Source of the DNA: an uncultured delta proteobacterium
GTDB lineage: Bacteria; Myxococcota_A; Polyangia; Haliangiales; Haliangiaceae
Reading direction: 5' to 3'
NCBI GenBank assembly: GCA_963848295.1
Contig: CAWKDB010000010.1
Coordinates: forward strand, 4,224,001 to 4,288,000
DNA length: 64,000 nucleotides
Below are positions 9,853 through 19,376 of the stretch, piece after piece (position 1 is the first letter of the stretch; every line of letters begins with the position of its first letter). Position numbers and translations under genes: made by a program. A model generated the notes under the pieces. The model was not told the DNA's origin. It saw only the letters and a list, made by a program, of their open reading frames with translations, and made no database searches.

Positions 9853-9914
9853 TCGGAACGAAAAAGGCTGCCGAGGCAGCCAGTTAAGTGGTGGAGATTA
9901 GGGGGATCGAACCC
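9853..9914 (-). repeat. att copy 2: tRNA-Ala 3' end plus terminator
   Basis: 62-bp direct repeat of 36467-36528 with 3 mismatches; 9888-9914 is a perfect 27-bp match. Confidence 0.95.
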
Positions 9915-10029
9915 TGCGAAGACGATGAGTTTTCAACTTGAGTCACGTGGCCTTGCAGCCGTCTTCGTAGGTTAGCTCGATCCGCAGTCCGCCCTGATCT
10001 GGCCGAGTCCGGCCGGATCGGCTGCGGCT

Positions 10030-10045
10030 TGGCAAAATTTTGCCA
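10030..10045. repeat. Perfect 16-bp palindrome near element left end
   Basis: TGGCAAAATTTTGCCA; shares TGGCA with the CGTGGCAGCAAA repeat at the right end. Confidence 0.6.
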
Positions 10046-10110
10046 GCGGAAATGACGGCGCGATGCGATCGCGCTCGGTCCGCAGCGGAGCTTGGGCGCG
10101 AGTTCAGGCC

Positions 10111-10153
10111 TTGCCGAACATAAGCTCCGAGTTATAATAATCTAGAGCTTATG
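10111..10153 (+). promoter_or_regulatory. Sigma70 promoter with 9-bp inverted-repeat operator
   Basis: TTGCCG(10111)-16 nt-TATAAT(10133); CATAAGCTC (10119-10127) / GAGCTTATG (10145-10153). Confidence 0.8.
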
Positions 10154-10477
10154 CCAAAGCCGGAGCGAATCGCCGTCTTCTTTGGTCGCTTGACCGAGGC
10201 GCCGTCGGCTTCGACGGCGGCGGACGCGTTCGCGCAGATCACGGCGATCTTCGTCGCGGTTGAAGACGAGCTCTGCACCGACCCGGACGACCGCATGTAC
10301 CCACCGAGCGGCGACTTCCACTTCGAGGTCGACGGTCGCGAAGACCTCGACCTCTACCGCCAAGCGGCCCACGACACGATCATCCGCGCGAACGGCGCGA
10401 TTCTGATCCGCATCCGGAAGACCGGCGCGGTGGTTTACGAGAAGGCCGGCTCTGACGGCAGAAAGGTGGAGCTATGA
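10151..10477 (+). CDS. Small putative toxin (VEDE..RMYPP..H..NGAI)
   Basis: 108 aa, first gene of a coupled pair with an XRE gene; function inferred only. Confidence 0.6.
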   Translation: MPKPERIAVFFGRLTEAPSASTAADAFAQITAIFVAVEDELCTDPDDRMYPPSGDFHFEVDGREDLDLYRQAAHDTIIRANGAILIRIRKTGAVVYEKAGSDGRKVEL

Positions 10478-11016
10478 CGAACGAGCGAGAGAAGAACGCG
10501 GCGTGGCTTGCCGATCGGCTTCGTGCTGATCTGCCCGCGAGCAAGGTGACGGTCCACAAACCGAGCCCGAAGAGCAGAGGAACCGGTTGGGTCATCGACG
10601 CCGATTATCGCGACCATTCAGTTGTCGTGATGTGGACGAAGGCCGACGGCTTCGGGCTCGCGACTCCGAAGGACGACGAGCCGTACGGGGCGTCGCCGAG
10701 CGAAATCCATGGCGACGGCGACGAAGCGCTCGCGCGTGTGCTGCATCTGCTCAAGACGGGCGAGCAAGCTCGCAGTCACCGCGAGATGCGTCTCCAGGCA
10801 CTACGTACGCATCGCAGCTTTTCGCAGGAGGTACTCGCGAAGGCGATGCAGGTGAGTCAGGCATCCGTCTCTCAAACCGAGCGCCGCGACGACGTCATGA
10901 TCAGCACGTTGCAGAACTACATCGAGGGCCTCGGCGGCAAGCTGCGCGTCGTCGCTGAGTTTCCTGGCGAGAAGATCGAGCTCGAGCTCGGGACTCTATC
11001 GAGCCTGACCAAGTAA
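10474..11016 (+). CDS. Putative antitoxin: unknown ~100-aa N-terminal domain + XRE HTH
   Basis: LQALRTHRSFSQEVLAKAMQVSQASVSQTERRDDVMISTLQNYIEGLGGKLRVVAEFP; ATGA overlap. Confidence 0.85.
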   Translation: MTNEREKNAAWLADRLRADLPASKVTVHKPSPKSRGTGWVIDADYRDHSVVVMWTKADGFGLATPKDDEPYGASPSEIHGDGDEALARVLHLLKTGEQARSHREMRLQALRTHRSFSQEVLAKAMQVSQASVSQTERRDDVMISTLQNYIEGLGGKLRVVAEFPGEKIELELGTLSSLTK

Positions 11017-11194
11017 CGACGACCAAGTGCGTCACTCGTCCGGACATGTCTGGACGATCATTCGCGGCCGATCGCCGAAGGCGGACCAAGGCCGGGAACA
11101 CCGTCTACGTCGCCGGGTAAATCGCGCAGGATGAGGATGGGAAGGTCGTCGGCGTCGGCGTGCCGCCGCACAGGCGGAGAGGTGTTCGAGAACC

Positions 11195-11569
11195 TCAGCC
11201 CCGAACCCTACGGACTTTCCGGGCACCGCCTCTCGGCCCGTGGCTAGTCCCGCGCGGCAGAAGCACCAAGTCGGCGGCTTCCTCGGCGTCTTTGAGGAGT
11301 GTCTTGCGAGGCGTGCCCAACGCTTTCGGCGGATGGTCGTCGCGCCACTGGTGCCAGGCCGCGAGCGCCTTGTTCGCGCGCTCCACGGTGCGAGTGACCA
11401 GCGGTAGCGTCGCAGCTTCGTTGAGCGCCATGTCCGTGATCGCGTCGAGCAATCCCGCCGCGACCGCGAGCCGGTCGACCAGGTCACTCGGTGCGAGCGC
11501 CGCGATCGCCAGCTCGAGGCCGGTCTTCACCTCGCGAGCGAGATGCCTGAGCTCCATCTGCTTGCTCAT
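11195..11569 (-). CDS. Hypothetical helical protein
   Basis: GAGG RBS before MSKQMELRHLAREVKTGLELAIAAL. Confidence 0.55.
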   Translation of the reverse strand: MSKQMELRHLAREVKTGLELAIAALAPSDLVDRLAVAAGLLDAITDMALNEAATLPLVTRTVERANKALAAWHQWRDDHPPKALGTPRKTLLKDAEEAADLVLLPRGTSHGPRGGARKVRRVRG

Positions 11570-11647
11570 CGGAACCTCAGGTGGCTCGTAGGCCACCGAG
11601 CCGAAAACCATGGCGCGCGAAAAATATTCCGCGGCCAAACGCGTGCA

Positions 11648-12445
11648 TCAGTGTCTCAGGATCGGCCAACCGACCTCTGTGCGCCAGCGGAGTGCGTCCT
11701 TCGTCTGAAAGCGAGCCACGAGGTAGTGCTCGCGAATCGGTCCGGCGAGCCCGAGCTCCTGCGCGGCGACGTGCGTCCCCAGCGCGCCGTACGTGCGATC
11801 GATGTCGGCGTGCGAGCCGCGATGGGTGGTCAGCGCGAGCTCGACGGCCGGCAGCACGATCGCCCGAGCACGGTCAGACTCGCGCGACGCGTTCGTCGGG
11901 ATGAACGCGGTGACCGCACCTGCCTCCTCGGCGAACAACTCCGTCGCGAACAGCGCACCGGCCGGGCCGGTCGGTGCTGTGACCGCGGCGTGTAGCTCGG
12001 TGAACGCTGCCTGCCACCAGCGCGACAGGTCGGCCAGCTGCACGTGGTCGGAGATGGCCAGCACCGGGAGCTCGCCGATCGCGCGGTACTCGATCGCGAT
12101 CACCGGCTCGGGCCGTTCGACGAGCGAGCGCAACGAAGCAACTGCGGCCCGCGTCTCCGCGAGCTGACGCTCGAGCCGATCGAGATGCGTGAGGATCAGC
12201 TCGTTGCGTACCGCTGGATCCGATGCCTCGAGTAGCGCGCGCACGTCGTCGATGGGCATCCCGAGCTCGCGAAACCGCTTGATGACGTGGGCGATCGCGA
12301 CCTGTCCGCACGCGTAGTAGCGATAGCCGGTCGCGGGATCGACGTCATCGGGTACGAGCAGGCCGACGTCGTGATAGTGGCGGAGCGTCTTGATGCTCAG
12401 ATGCGTCATGCGCGCGAAGTCGCCGATCGAGACGTTGCGGCTCAT
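11648..12445 (-). CDS. MerR family regulator with GyrI-like effector domain
   Basis: VSIGDFARMTHLSIKTLRHYHDVGLL..DPATGYRYY; C-terminal HRGS..GPIREHY. Confidence 0.92.
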   Translation of the reverse strand: MSRNVSIGDFARMTHLSIKTLRHYHDVGLLVPDDVDPATGYRYYACGQVAIAHVIKRFRELGMPIDDVRALLEASDPAVRNELILTHLDRLERQLAETRAAVASLRSLVERPEPVIAIEYRAIGELPVLAISDHVQLADLSRWWQAAFTELHAAVTAPTGPAGALFATELFAEEAGAVTAFIPTNASRESDRARAIVLPAVELALTTHRGSHADIDRTYGALGTHVAAQELGLAGPIREHYLVARFQTKDALRWRTEVGWPILRH

Positions 12446-13350
12446 AACGACGCCAAGACTCGCACGCGGTCGGCCAGGGCGCGCCGCGAGACGGCCGCGG
12501 TCGGCGCGAATAGCTCGAACCCGTGCGGGACTCCGGGGTGAACGTGTAGCTCGACCCAAACGTGCGCGGCAGCGAGGCGCTGCGCGTACGCGATCGTCTC
12601 GGCGCAGAAGATGTCGAGCTGGCCGACGTCGAGATACGTCCGCGGCAGCCCGGCGACGCTGGCGGCGCGCGCCGGCGAATCGCGCAGGCCGGGGAGCACG
12701 GCGTTCCAGCCGGTGATGTTGTCGTCCCACGTCCACGTCGCGAACGGCGCGAGCGCGGCATCGGCGACGGTATTGCGATCGTCGAGCATCGGATAGATGA
12801 GCAGCTGCGCGGCGAGCGGTGGCCCGCCGCGGTCGCGCGCTCGCAGCGCGGTCATCGCCGCATGACCTGCGCCCGCGCTATCACCCATGATCGCGATCCG
12901 CGAGGGATCCGTGTCGAGCCTGCGCGCGTTAGCAGCGAGCCACTCGAGCGCACCAAAGCAATCGTCGACCGCGGTAGGATGCGTGTGCTCGGGCGCGAGC
13001 CGGTAATCGACGACGAGCATGGGTACGCCACTGCGCGCGACGTACCGCCGGACGATCGCGTCGTAGCCGGCCATCGTGCCGAGAATCATGCCGCCGCCGT
13101 GGATATAGAGCGCAGCCGCGGGCGAGCTGCGCGTCGCGGGCTCGTACCAGCGCATCGGCACGACGCCGCTGACGTCGCGAACCCGCACGTCAGGTGCGGG
13201 CTCGATCAGCGCCGACCATGCGACGAACATCCGGTCCCCTGCCGAGCGTCGCGATGCCCAGTCACCGATCGGCGGGCGTGGCGGCAGCGGGCGGCCCCCC
13301 GTCATCGCGGCGAGCGCAGCCGCGATCTCGGAATCGAGCGCGAGGGTCAC
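12442..13350 (-). CDS. Alpha/beta hydrolase (HSL family esterase)
   Basis: HGGG, DYRLAPEH, GDSAG, HGF; GTG start overlapping upstream stop. Confidence 0.92.
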   Translation of the reverse strand: MTLALDSEIAAALAAMTGGRPLPPRPPIGDWASRRSAGDRMFVAWSALIEPAPDVRVRDVSGVVPMRWYEPATRSSPAAALYIHGGGMILGTMAGYDAIVRRYVARSGVPMLVVDYRLAPEHTHPTAVDDCFGALEWLAANARRLDTDPSRIAIMGDSAGAGHAAMTALRARDRGGPPLAAQLLIYPMLDDRNTVADAALAPFATWTWDDNITGWNAVLPGLRDSPARAASVAGLPRTYLDVGQLDIFCAETIAYAQRLAAAHVWVELHVHPGVPHGFELFAPTAAVSRRALADRVRVLASL

Positions 13351-13634
13351 ACGCCCTCGACGATCACGAAGCGGTAGTCCCCACCGAGGAAGCGATCGCG
13401 GCTCGCGGCTTGATATGGCGCGCTCGCATACCACGCCTTCGCCTCGGCGAACGTCGGGAACTCGAGGATCGCGGCGCCCTCGGTGACCGGGCCTTCGATG
13501 GTCTCGCACCGGCCAAACCGCGCCCGGTAGGTCAGCGCGTGTCCGGCGATGAAGTGGTCGTGGTGCGCGGCGTAGCGCTTCAGTGCCTCGGCATCGCGGG
13601 TTCGTTCCTTGGTGATGATGATGTAAGCGGGCAT
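13347..13634 (-). CDS. DUF1330 domain protein
   Basis: ILEFPTFAEAKAWYASAPYQAA..R. Confidence 0.88.
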   Translation of the reverse strand: MPAYIIITKERTRDAEALKRYAAHHDHFIAGHALTYRARFGRCETIEGPVTEGAAILEFPTFAEAKAWYASAPYQAASRDRFLGGDYRFVIVEGV

Positions 13635-13668
13635 GACCGCGTTGTGACGTTCTCCCCCAACGGGAGAG

Positions 13669-14040
13669 TCAAGCGGTCGCGTGGCCCGCATCTATGGGCA
13701 TAGGCGCTAGGGCCTCGGGCAGATCGAAGCCGCGGAAGTAGTCCGCGCCGATGAAGTGCACGGCCTGGACGACGCGGTCGCCCGCGAAGTCGACGATCTG
13801 CAGCGAATGGCGCGCGAGGTCGTCGCTGTTGCCTGCATAGAACGCGAGCGCGGTGCGGCCGTTCGCGCGCGTCGCGACGATCCGAATGGTCAGCGACCAG
13901 AAGCGCGCGAGCCGCTCGCCTCGGAACAGCGCGCCGACCGCCGGGCCGCGGAACCAAGCTGCGTGGGGTGGCATCGCGAACACGACCTCATCGTGCAATA
14001 ACCGAACGAGCGCGTCGAGATCGTTAGTTAGCCATGCTTC
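13669..14040 (-). pseudogene. 3' fragment (SnoaL-like domain) of a SigG-type ECF sigma factor
   Basis: [44 protein letters not shown]; sigma2/sigma4 part absent; abuts ppk2 3' end. Confidence 0.7.
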
Positions 14041-14861
14041 GCCGCGTGGTACTCGCGGCGAACGTGCTCGAGATCGACCGAGGGCCGCGGGTATTTCAGG
14101 TCCAGCCCTTCGAGGTACTCGACGACGATCCGCGCGATCGCGAGGTTGCGAAACCACTTGTGGTCGGACGGGATCACGAACCACGGCGCGTGCTCGGTGC
14201 TGCAGCGCGACAGCGCGTCCTCGTACGCCGCCGTGTAGTCGGTCCCAGGACAATGCGTTCCTTGTAGTCGGCCTCGCTGATCTTCCATTGCTTGGCCGGA
14301 TCGTCGAGCCGCTCCGCGAAGCGCGTCAGTTGCTCTTCCTTGGAGATGTGGAGATAGAACTTGAGGATGTGGGTGTCGTTCTCGACGAGCTCGTGCTCGA
14401 ACGCGTTGATCTGGTCGTAGCGGCGCGACCAGACCTCCTTCGGGACCAGGTCGTGGACGCGGACGACGAGCACGTCCTCGTAGTGCGAGCGGTTGAAGAT
14501 CGTCGACCTCGCCCGGCGCGGGCGCCGCTCGGTGCGCTCGCCACAAGAAGTCGTGCGCGAGCTCCTCGGCGGACGGCTGCTTGAACGCGCGCCACGCGGC
14601 AGCCCTGCGGATTCATCGCGCCGAGGACGTGGTTGATCGTCCCGTCCTTGCCGCCGGTGTCCAGCGCTTGCAGGCAGATCAGCAGCGAGTACCGGCCATC
14701 GGCATAGAACAGATCCTGGAGCGCGCGCAGCTTCTTCTGGTCCTGCTCGATCTCGTCGGCGGCCTTCTTGTGGCTCTCGTGGTGGTCCTTGAAGCCGGGA
14801 TCGATGTCCGCGAGCTTCACGTGGCTGCCGGGCTCACCCTGAACCGATCGACGTAGTTCAT
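14028..14861 (-). CDS. ppk2: Polyphosphate kinase 2 family (frameshifted in this assembly)
   Basis: [41 protein letters not shown] spread over several frames. Confidence 0.9.
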
Positions 14862-17376
14862 CGTCGACTCCTCCGCTGCGAGCTTGTAGGCCGGCGTGAC
14901 GATCTGCGGTGCGAGGTTCGAGCGGCTTGCCGGCGGCGGCCGGCGGCTTCGCCCGATCGAGGACGCGATACGCGAGCAGCTTCACGCGGTCGTTCACCAG
15001 GAACCAGGCCAGCGCGTAGCCCCAGACGAACGCGGCCCAGCCCCAGCCGAGCGGCGTCATGAACAGGCCGTAGACCGCGATCAGCGTCGCCACGATCTGC
15101 GTGCCGAGCACCGCGACCCACAGGACGCGCGCCGGGCGGATCGACCAGAACGGGCCGCGCGTGCGCGTCAGGAAGATCGTCAGGTGCCCGGCGACCGACA
15201 GCTTCAGGTACATCAGCGTCTGGATGTGCGCGCGGTCGAGGTGGAACACGCGCTCGCCGAGGTAGAACAGCCCGAACGCGGCGACGACGCCCGATGACGC
15301 CGAGCACCGTCGACGATCCCGAGCACGAGGCGCATGTTCCAGGCCTCGGGCTGGTTCTTGTAGTGAACGTTGTCGTAGGCGATCGACAGGATCGCGCCGT
15401 CGTTGAGCAGCGCCAGCATCACGATCATCACCGCGGTGACCGGATAGAAGTTGAACACCAGGATCGCGAGCGTCATGAACAGCAGCACGCGCAGCGTCTC
15501 GGCGATGCGGTAGATCGCGTAGCTGTTCATGCGCTGGAAGATCTTCCGGCTCTCCTTGATCGCGTCGATGATCACCGACAGGCCCGGCGTCAGCAGCACG
15601 ATCGACGCCGCCGCGCGCGCCGCGTCGGTCGCGCCCGACACCGCGATGCCGCAGTCGGCCTTCTTCAGCGCGGGCGCGTCGTTCACGCCGTCGCCGGTCA
15701 TGCCGACGATGTGACCGCGCTGCTGCAGGACGTCGACGATGTGGAACTTGTGCTCGGGGAAGACCTGGGCGAAGCCGTCCGCGCTCTCGATCGACTGCCG
15801 CCTGCTCGGCGGTCTCGTGATGCTTCGCGTCGCCGAGGCCGCTGGCGTCGAGGATGTTCGTGCCCAAGCCCGAGCTTCGCGGCGGTCTCGCGCGCGATCG
15901 CCAGCTGATCGCCGGTGACCATCTTGACGCTCACGCCCATCTGCCGGGCGCTCGCGATGGTCGCCTTGGCTTGCTCGCGCGGCGGATCGAACAGCGGCAG
16001 CACGCCGAGGAACTGCCACTGGCCTGTCGCGTCGGCGCGCGCCACGCCGAGCGAGCGAAAGCCGCGCGCCGCGAACTCGTTCGACGGCCTTCGTCGACCG
16101 CGGCCTTGACCTGCGCGGCGTTGGCCGACATCGCCAGGATCACCTGCGGCGCGCCCTTGGTGACCTGGAACTGCTTGCCGTCCTTGTCCTTGACCGTGGC
16201 CTCGGTGCGCTTGTGCACGGGATCGAACGGCTGGAAGTGGACGACCTGATAGCCCTTCGAGCGCGCTGGTCGTTCTTCACGCCGCCGAGCACGGCGAGGT
16301 CGATCGTGTCCTTGTCCTCCGCGCGCGACGCGAGCGCGGCGGCGAGGATGACCTGGTCGGCGGGGACGTCGTCGACGCAGAACGGATCGCCGAGCGTCAG
16401 CTTGTTCTGGGTGAGCGTGCCGGTCTTGTCCGAGCACAGCACGTCGACGCCCGCGAGCTCCTCGATCGCGGCCAGCCGCGTCACGATCGCCTGCTTCTTC
16501 GCGAGCAGGCGCGCGCCGACCGCCATCGTCACCGACAGCACCGTCGGCATCGCCACCGGAATCGCCGCGACCATCAGCACCAGCGCGAACTGCAGCGTCG
16601 TGAGCATCGGATCGCCGCGGAAGAGCGCGACGGTGACGATCACCGCGACCAGCGCCGGCTGCGAGGACGATCAGGTAATTGCCGATCTTGAGCACCGCGC
16701 GCTGGAAGTGGCTGACCGTGTGCGCCTCCTGCACGAGCTGCGCGGTCTTGCCGAAGTAGGTGTTCGCGCCGGTCGCGTAGACCAGCGCGTCGATCTCGCC
16801 CTGGCGGATGATCGAGCCCGAGAACACCGCCTCGCCGGCCTTGCGCGTCGCGGGCAGCGACTCGCCGGTCAGCGCCGACTGATCGACCTCGATCGGATCG
16901 CCCGTCGAGCAGGCGCGCATCGGCCGGCACGATGTCGCCGAGCCGCACGCGGATGACGTCGCCCGGCACGAGCTCGCGCGCCGGCGACGGTCGTCCACTT
17001 GCCGTCGCGCTTCACGCGTCGCCTTGATCGCCAGCTTGGCCTTGAGCGCGGCGATCGCGTTGCCGGCCTGGTGCTCCTCCCAGAATCCGACGACGGCGTT
17101 CGACGCGAGCAGCACCGAGGATGATCGACGAAGTCCGAGCCAGTGCCGGACGACGCGCCGACAGGATCACCGCGCCTTCGATCATCCACGGGATCGGCCC
17201 CCAGAAGTAGCCGAGGAACTTCAGGAGCGCGTTGGTCTTCTTCTCCGCGATCTCGTTCGGCCCCGTACTGGATCAGCCGCTTCGCAGCTTCGGCATCCGC
17301 GAGGCCTCCGGGCGTCGAGCCGAGCTTCGTCTGCAAGCTCGGACAACGGCATGGATTTCAGCTCGTCTTCAGGCAT
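14858..17376 (-). CDS. Plasma-membrane-type proton-efflux P-type ATPase (P3A; frameshifted)
   Basis: DQSALTGES, AAIPVAMPTVLSVTMAVGA, CSDKTGTLT, FDPVHKRT, TGDGVNDAPALKKAD, LNDGAILSIAYD. Confidence 0.92.
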
Positions 17377-17391
17377 CAAGCGTCGGTCGAA

Positions 17392-17477
17392 TGCAATTGT
17401 GAGCCCGTGGCTGACTGGGCGCCCTGGCCCCAACGCGGCCTTCGCGAGCGCCGATGAGCGCCGGCGCACGGTGTGCG
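17392..17477 (-). promoter_or_regulatory. Sigma54-like promoter + CGCA-N5-TGCG site upstream of the ATPase
   Basis: CGGGCTCACAATTGCA (GG-N10-GC); CGCACGGTGTGCG at 17465-17477. Confidence 0.45.
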
Positions 17478-17559
17478 TCACGGGCGCCCGATTCGCTCAC
17501 TGCTGACGCTTGAGCGACGTGGACGCTCGTCGGAGCTAGCCACGACGCTGTGCCACCTG

Positions 17560-19011
17560 CTACGCAGCCGCCTTCGCGGTCCCTAGCCCGCGAACCGCTT
17601 CGATCATCTTCACCAGCACGGCCTGCGCGTCGCCGTACACCATGTCGCAATTGTCGCCATAAAACAGCGGATTCACGATGCCGGCGTAGCCCTTGCCCTC
17701 GCCGCGTTTGACGACGTAGACCTTCTTCGCTTTGTCGGCATTGAGGATCGGCATGCCGAAGATCGGCGAACCCTTGTCGGTCCGGGCCGACGGATTGACG
17801 ACGTCATTGGCGCCGATCACGAGCGCGACGTCCGTCGTTGCGAAGTCCGCATTGATATCCTCGAGCTGAAAGATGAGATCGTAGGGCACGCCGGCCTCGG
17901 CGAGAAGGACGTCCATCTGACCGGGCATCCGGCCCGCGACCGGGTGAATCGCGAACTTGACGGTCACGCCCGCCGCTTGGAGCAGCTTGACGAACTCGTA
18001 GAGCTTCTGCTGACCCTGGGCGACGGCGAGCCCGTAGCCCGGCACGATGATCACGCTGCTCGCGTAGCGCATGAAGATGCCGGCATCGCTCGCGTCGACC
18101 GGCTTCAGACTGCCTTTGATGTCGCCCTGCTTGTGCGCGGCGACCTCGCCGAACTTGGTGAACAGGACGTTACCGATCGAGCGATTCATCGCCTTCGCCA
18201 TGAGCATCGTCAGCAGCAAGCCGGCGGCGCCGACGACCATGCCGGCGATCATCAGTGCTGGGTTCTGCAGCACGAAGCCCTCGAGCCCGACGGCGAGCCC
18301 CGTGAGCGAGTTGTAGATCGCGATCACGACTGGCATGTCGGCGCCGCCGATCGGCAGGGTCATCAGGATGCCGAAGAGCAACGCACATCCAAAGAACAGG
18401 GCGATCAGCTGAGGCATCGCGAGCAGCGGGGCCGTGCCACTCAGCGCGACAACCACGATGTATGCACCGACCGCGAGCGTGGCCGCGAACACGACGGCGT
18501 TCACGACCTGCTGACCGCGCACGTGCAGTGGCTTCTTGATCACGCCATCGAGCTTGGCCCAGGCGACGAGCGAGCCCGAGAGAGACACCGCGCCGATCAA
18601 CGCGCCGATCAAGGTCACGATCAGTGCGGTCGCGCCGTGTGCCCTATTGCCGAACAACTCGACGGCCGCGATCGCGCCTGCAGCGCCACCGCCCATCCCG
18701 TTGTAGAGCGCCACCATCTGCGGCATCGAGGTCATCGCTACCTTCTTGCCGCTCCACCACGCCACGCCACCGCCGAGCACCAACGCGACGACGGCGAGTC
18801 CGAGATTCACAAGCAGGTGCGGATGCGCGGTCGCACTGACCTGAACACGTACAGGAAGCTGGTCACGATCGCGGCGAGCATCCCGAGCCCGGCGACGAAG
18901 ATTCCCGAGCGCGCGGTCATCGGCGACGACATCCGCTTGAGGCCGTAGATCAAGAGCACGGCCGCGACGAGCTCGGTCGCGGCGATCGTGAAGTGCGGAG
19001 AGCTCGATCAT
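17560..19011 (-). CDS. pntB: NAD(P) transhydrogenase beta subunit (N-terminal indels)
   Basis: MPQMVALYNGMGG, PIGGADMPVV, PGYGLAVAQ, HPVAGRMPG, GANDVVNP. Confidence 0.95.
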   Translation of the reverse strand: MIELSALHDRRDRARRGRALDLRPQADVVADDRALGNLRRRARDARRDRDQLPVRVQVSATAHPHLLVNLGLAVVALVLGGGVAWWSGKKVAMTSMPQMVALYNGMGGGAAGAIAAVELFGNRAHGATALIVTLIGALIGAVSLSGSLVAWAKLDGVIKKPLHVRGQQVVNAVVFAATLAVGAYIVVVALSGTAPLLAMPQLIALFFGCALLFGILMTLPIGGADMPVVIAIYNSLTGLAVGLEGFVLQNPALMIAGMVVGAAGLLLTMLMAKAMNRSIGNVLFTKFGEVAAHKQGDIKGSLKPVDASDAGIFMRYASSVIIVPGYGLAVAQGQQKLYEFVKLLQAAGVTVKFAIHPVAGRMPGQMDVLLAEAGVPYDLIFQLEDINADFATTDVALVIGANDVVNPSARTDKGSPIFGMPILNADKAKKVYVVKRGEGKGYAGIVNPLFYGDNCDMVYGDAQAVLVKMIEAVRGLGTAKAAA

Positions 19012-19019
19012 CGCGGGCC

Positions 19020-19376
19020 TCAGCCTTTCTTCGCGTGACTTGCCTTCGCGTGACGCGCATGCGCATGCGCATGCGCGGGCTCATGTCCGCTCGGCTGAAA
19101 CATCGCGAGCATGCGCTCGGTGACGGCATAGCCACCGGCGGCGTTACCCGCGCCGAGCAGCACCGCAAAGAATCCGATCACCTGCTCCGGCAGCGAGCTG
19201 GCATCCAGCAACGCGAACAAGCCGCCGACGACAACGATACCGTGGACGAAGTTCGACCCCGACATGAGCGGCGTGTGCAGGATTGCAGGCACGCGGCCGA
19301 TGATCACCCAGCCGGTGAACGCGGCGAGCATGAAGATGTAGAGCGCGGCAAACGCGTCATGGATCTCGAAGCTCAT
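19020..19376 (-). CDS. pntA: NAD(P) transhydrogenase alpha subunit, membrane part (split pntA)
   Basis: VPAILHTPLMSGSNFVHG..GGYAVTERMLAMF. Confidence 0.92.
   Translation of the reverse strand: MSFEIHDAFAALYIFMLAAFTGWVIIGRVPAILHTPLMSGSNFVHGIVVVGGLFALLDASSLPEQVIGFFAVLLGAGNAAGGYAVTERMLAMFQPSGHEPAHAHAHARHAKASHAKKG

Larger units (their letters stand above)
7931..9914. mobile_element. ~2-kb att-flanked islet carrying the AbiE system, no integrase
   Basis: Bounded by tRNA-end copies; 34-bp repeats lie just inside both ends (8013-8046, 9767-9800). Confidence 0.7.

Noticed and set aside
11648..13509. Apparent N-terminal extensions or fusions in the ORF track (MerR 362 aa, hydrolase 355 aa; also HK 470 aa, USP 353 aa, FtsB 411 aa)
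   Set aside because: Upstream in-frame starts overlap neighbouring genes; shorter starts fit the domains and stop/start overlaps
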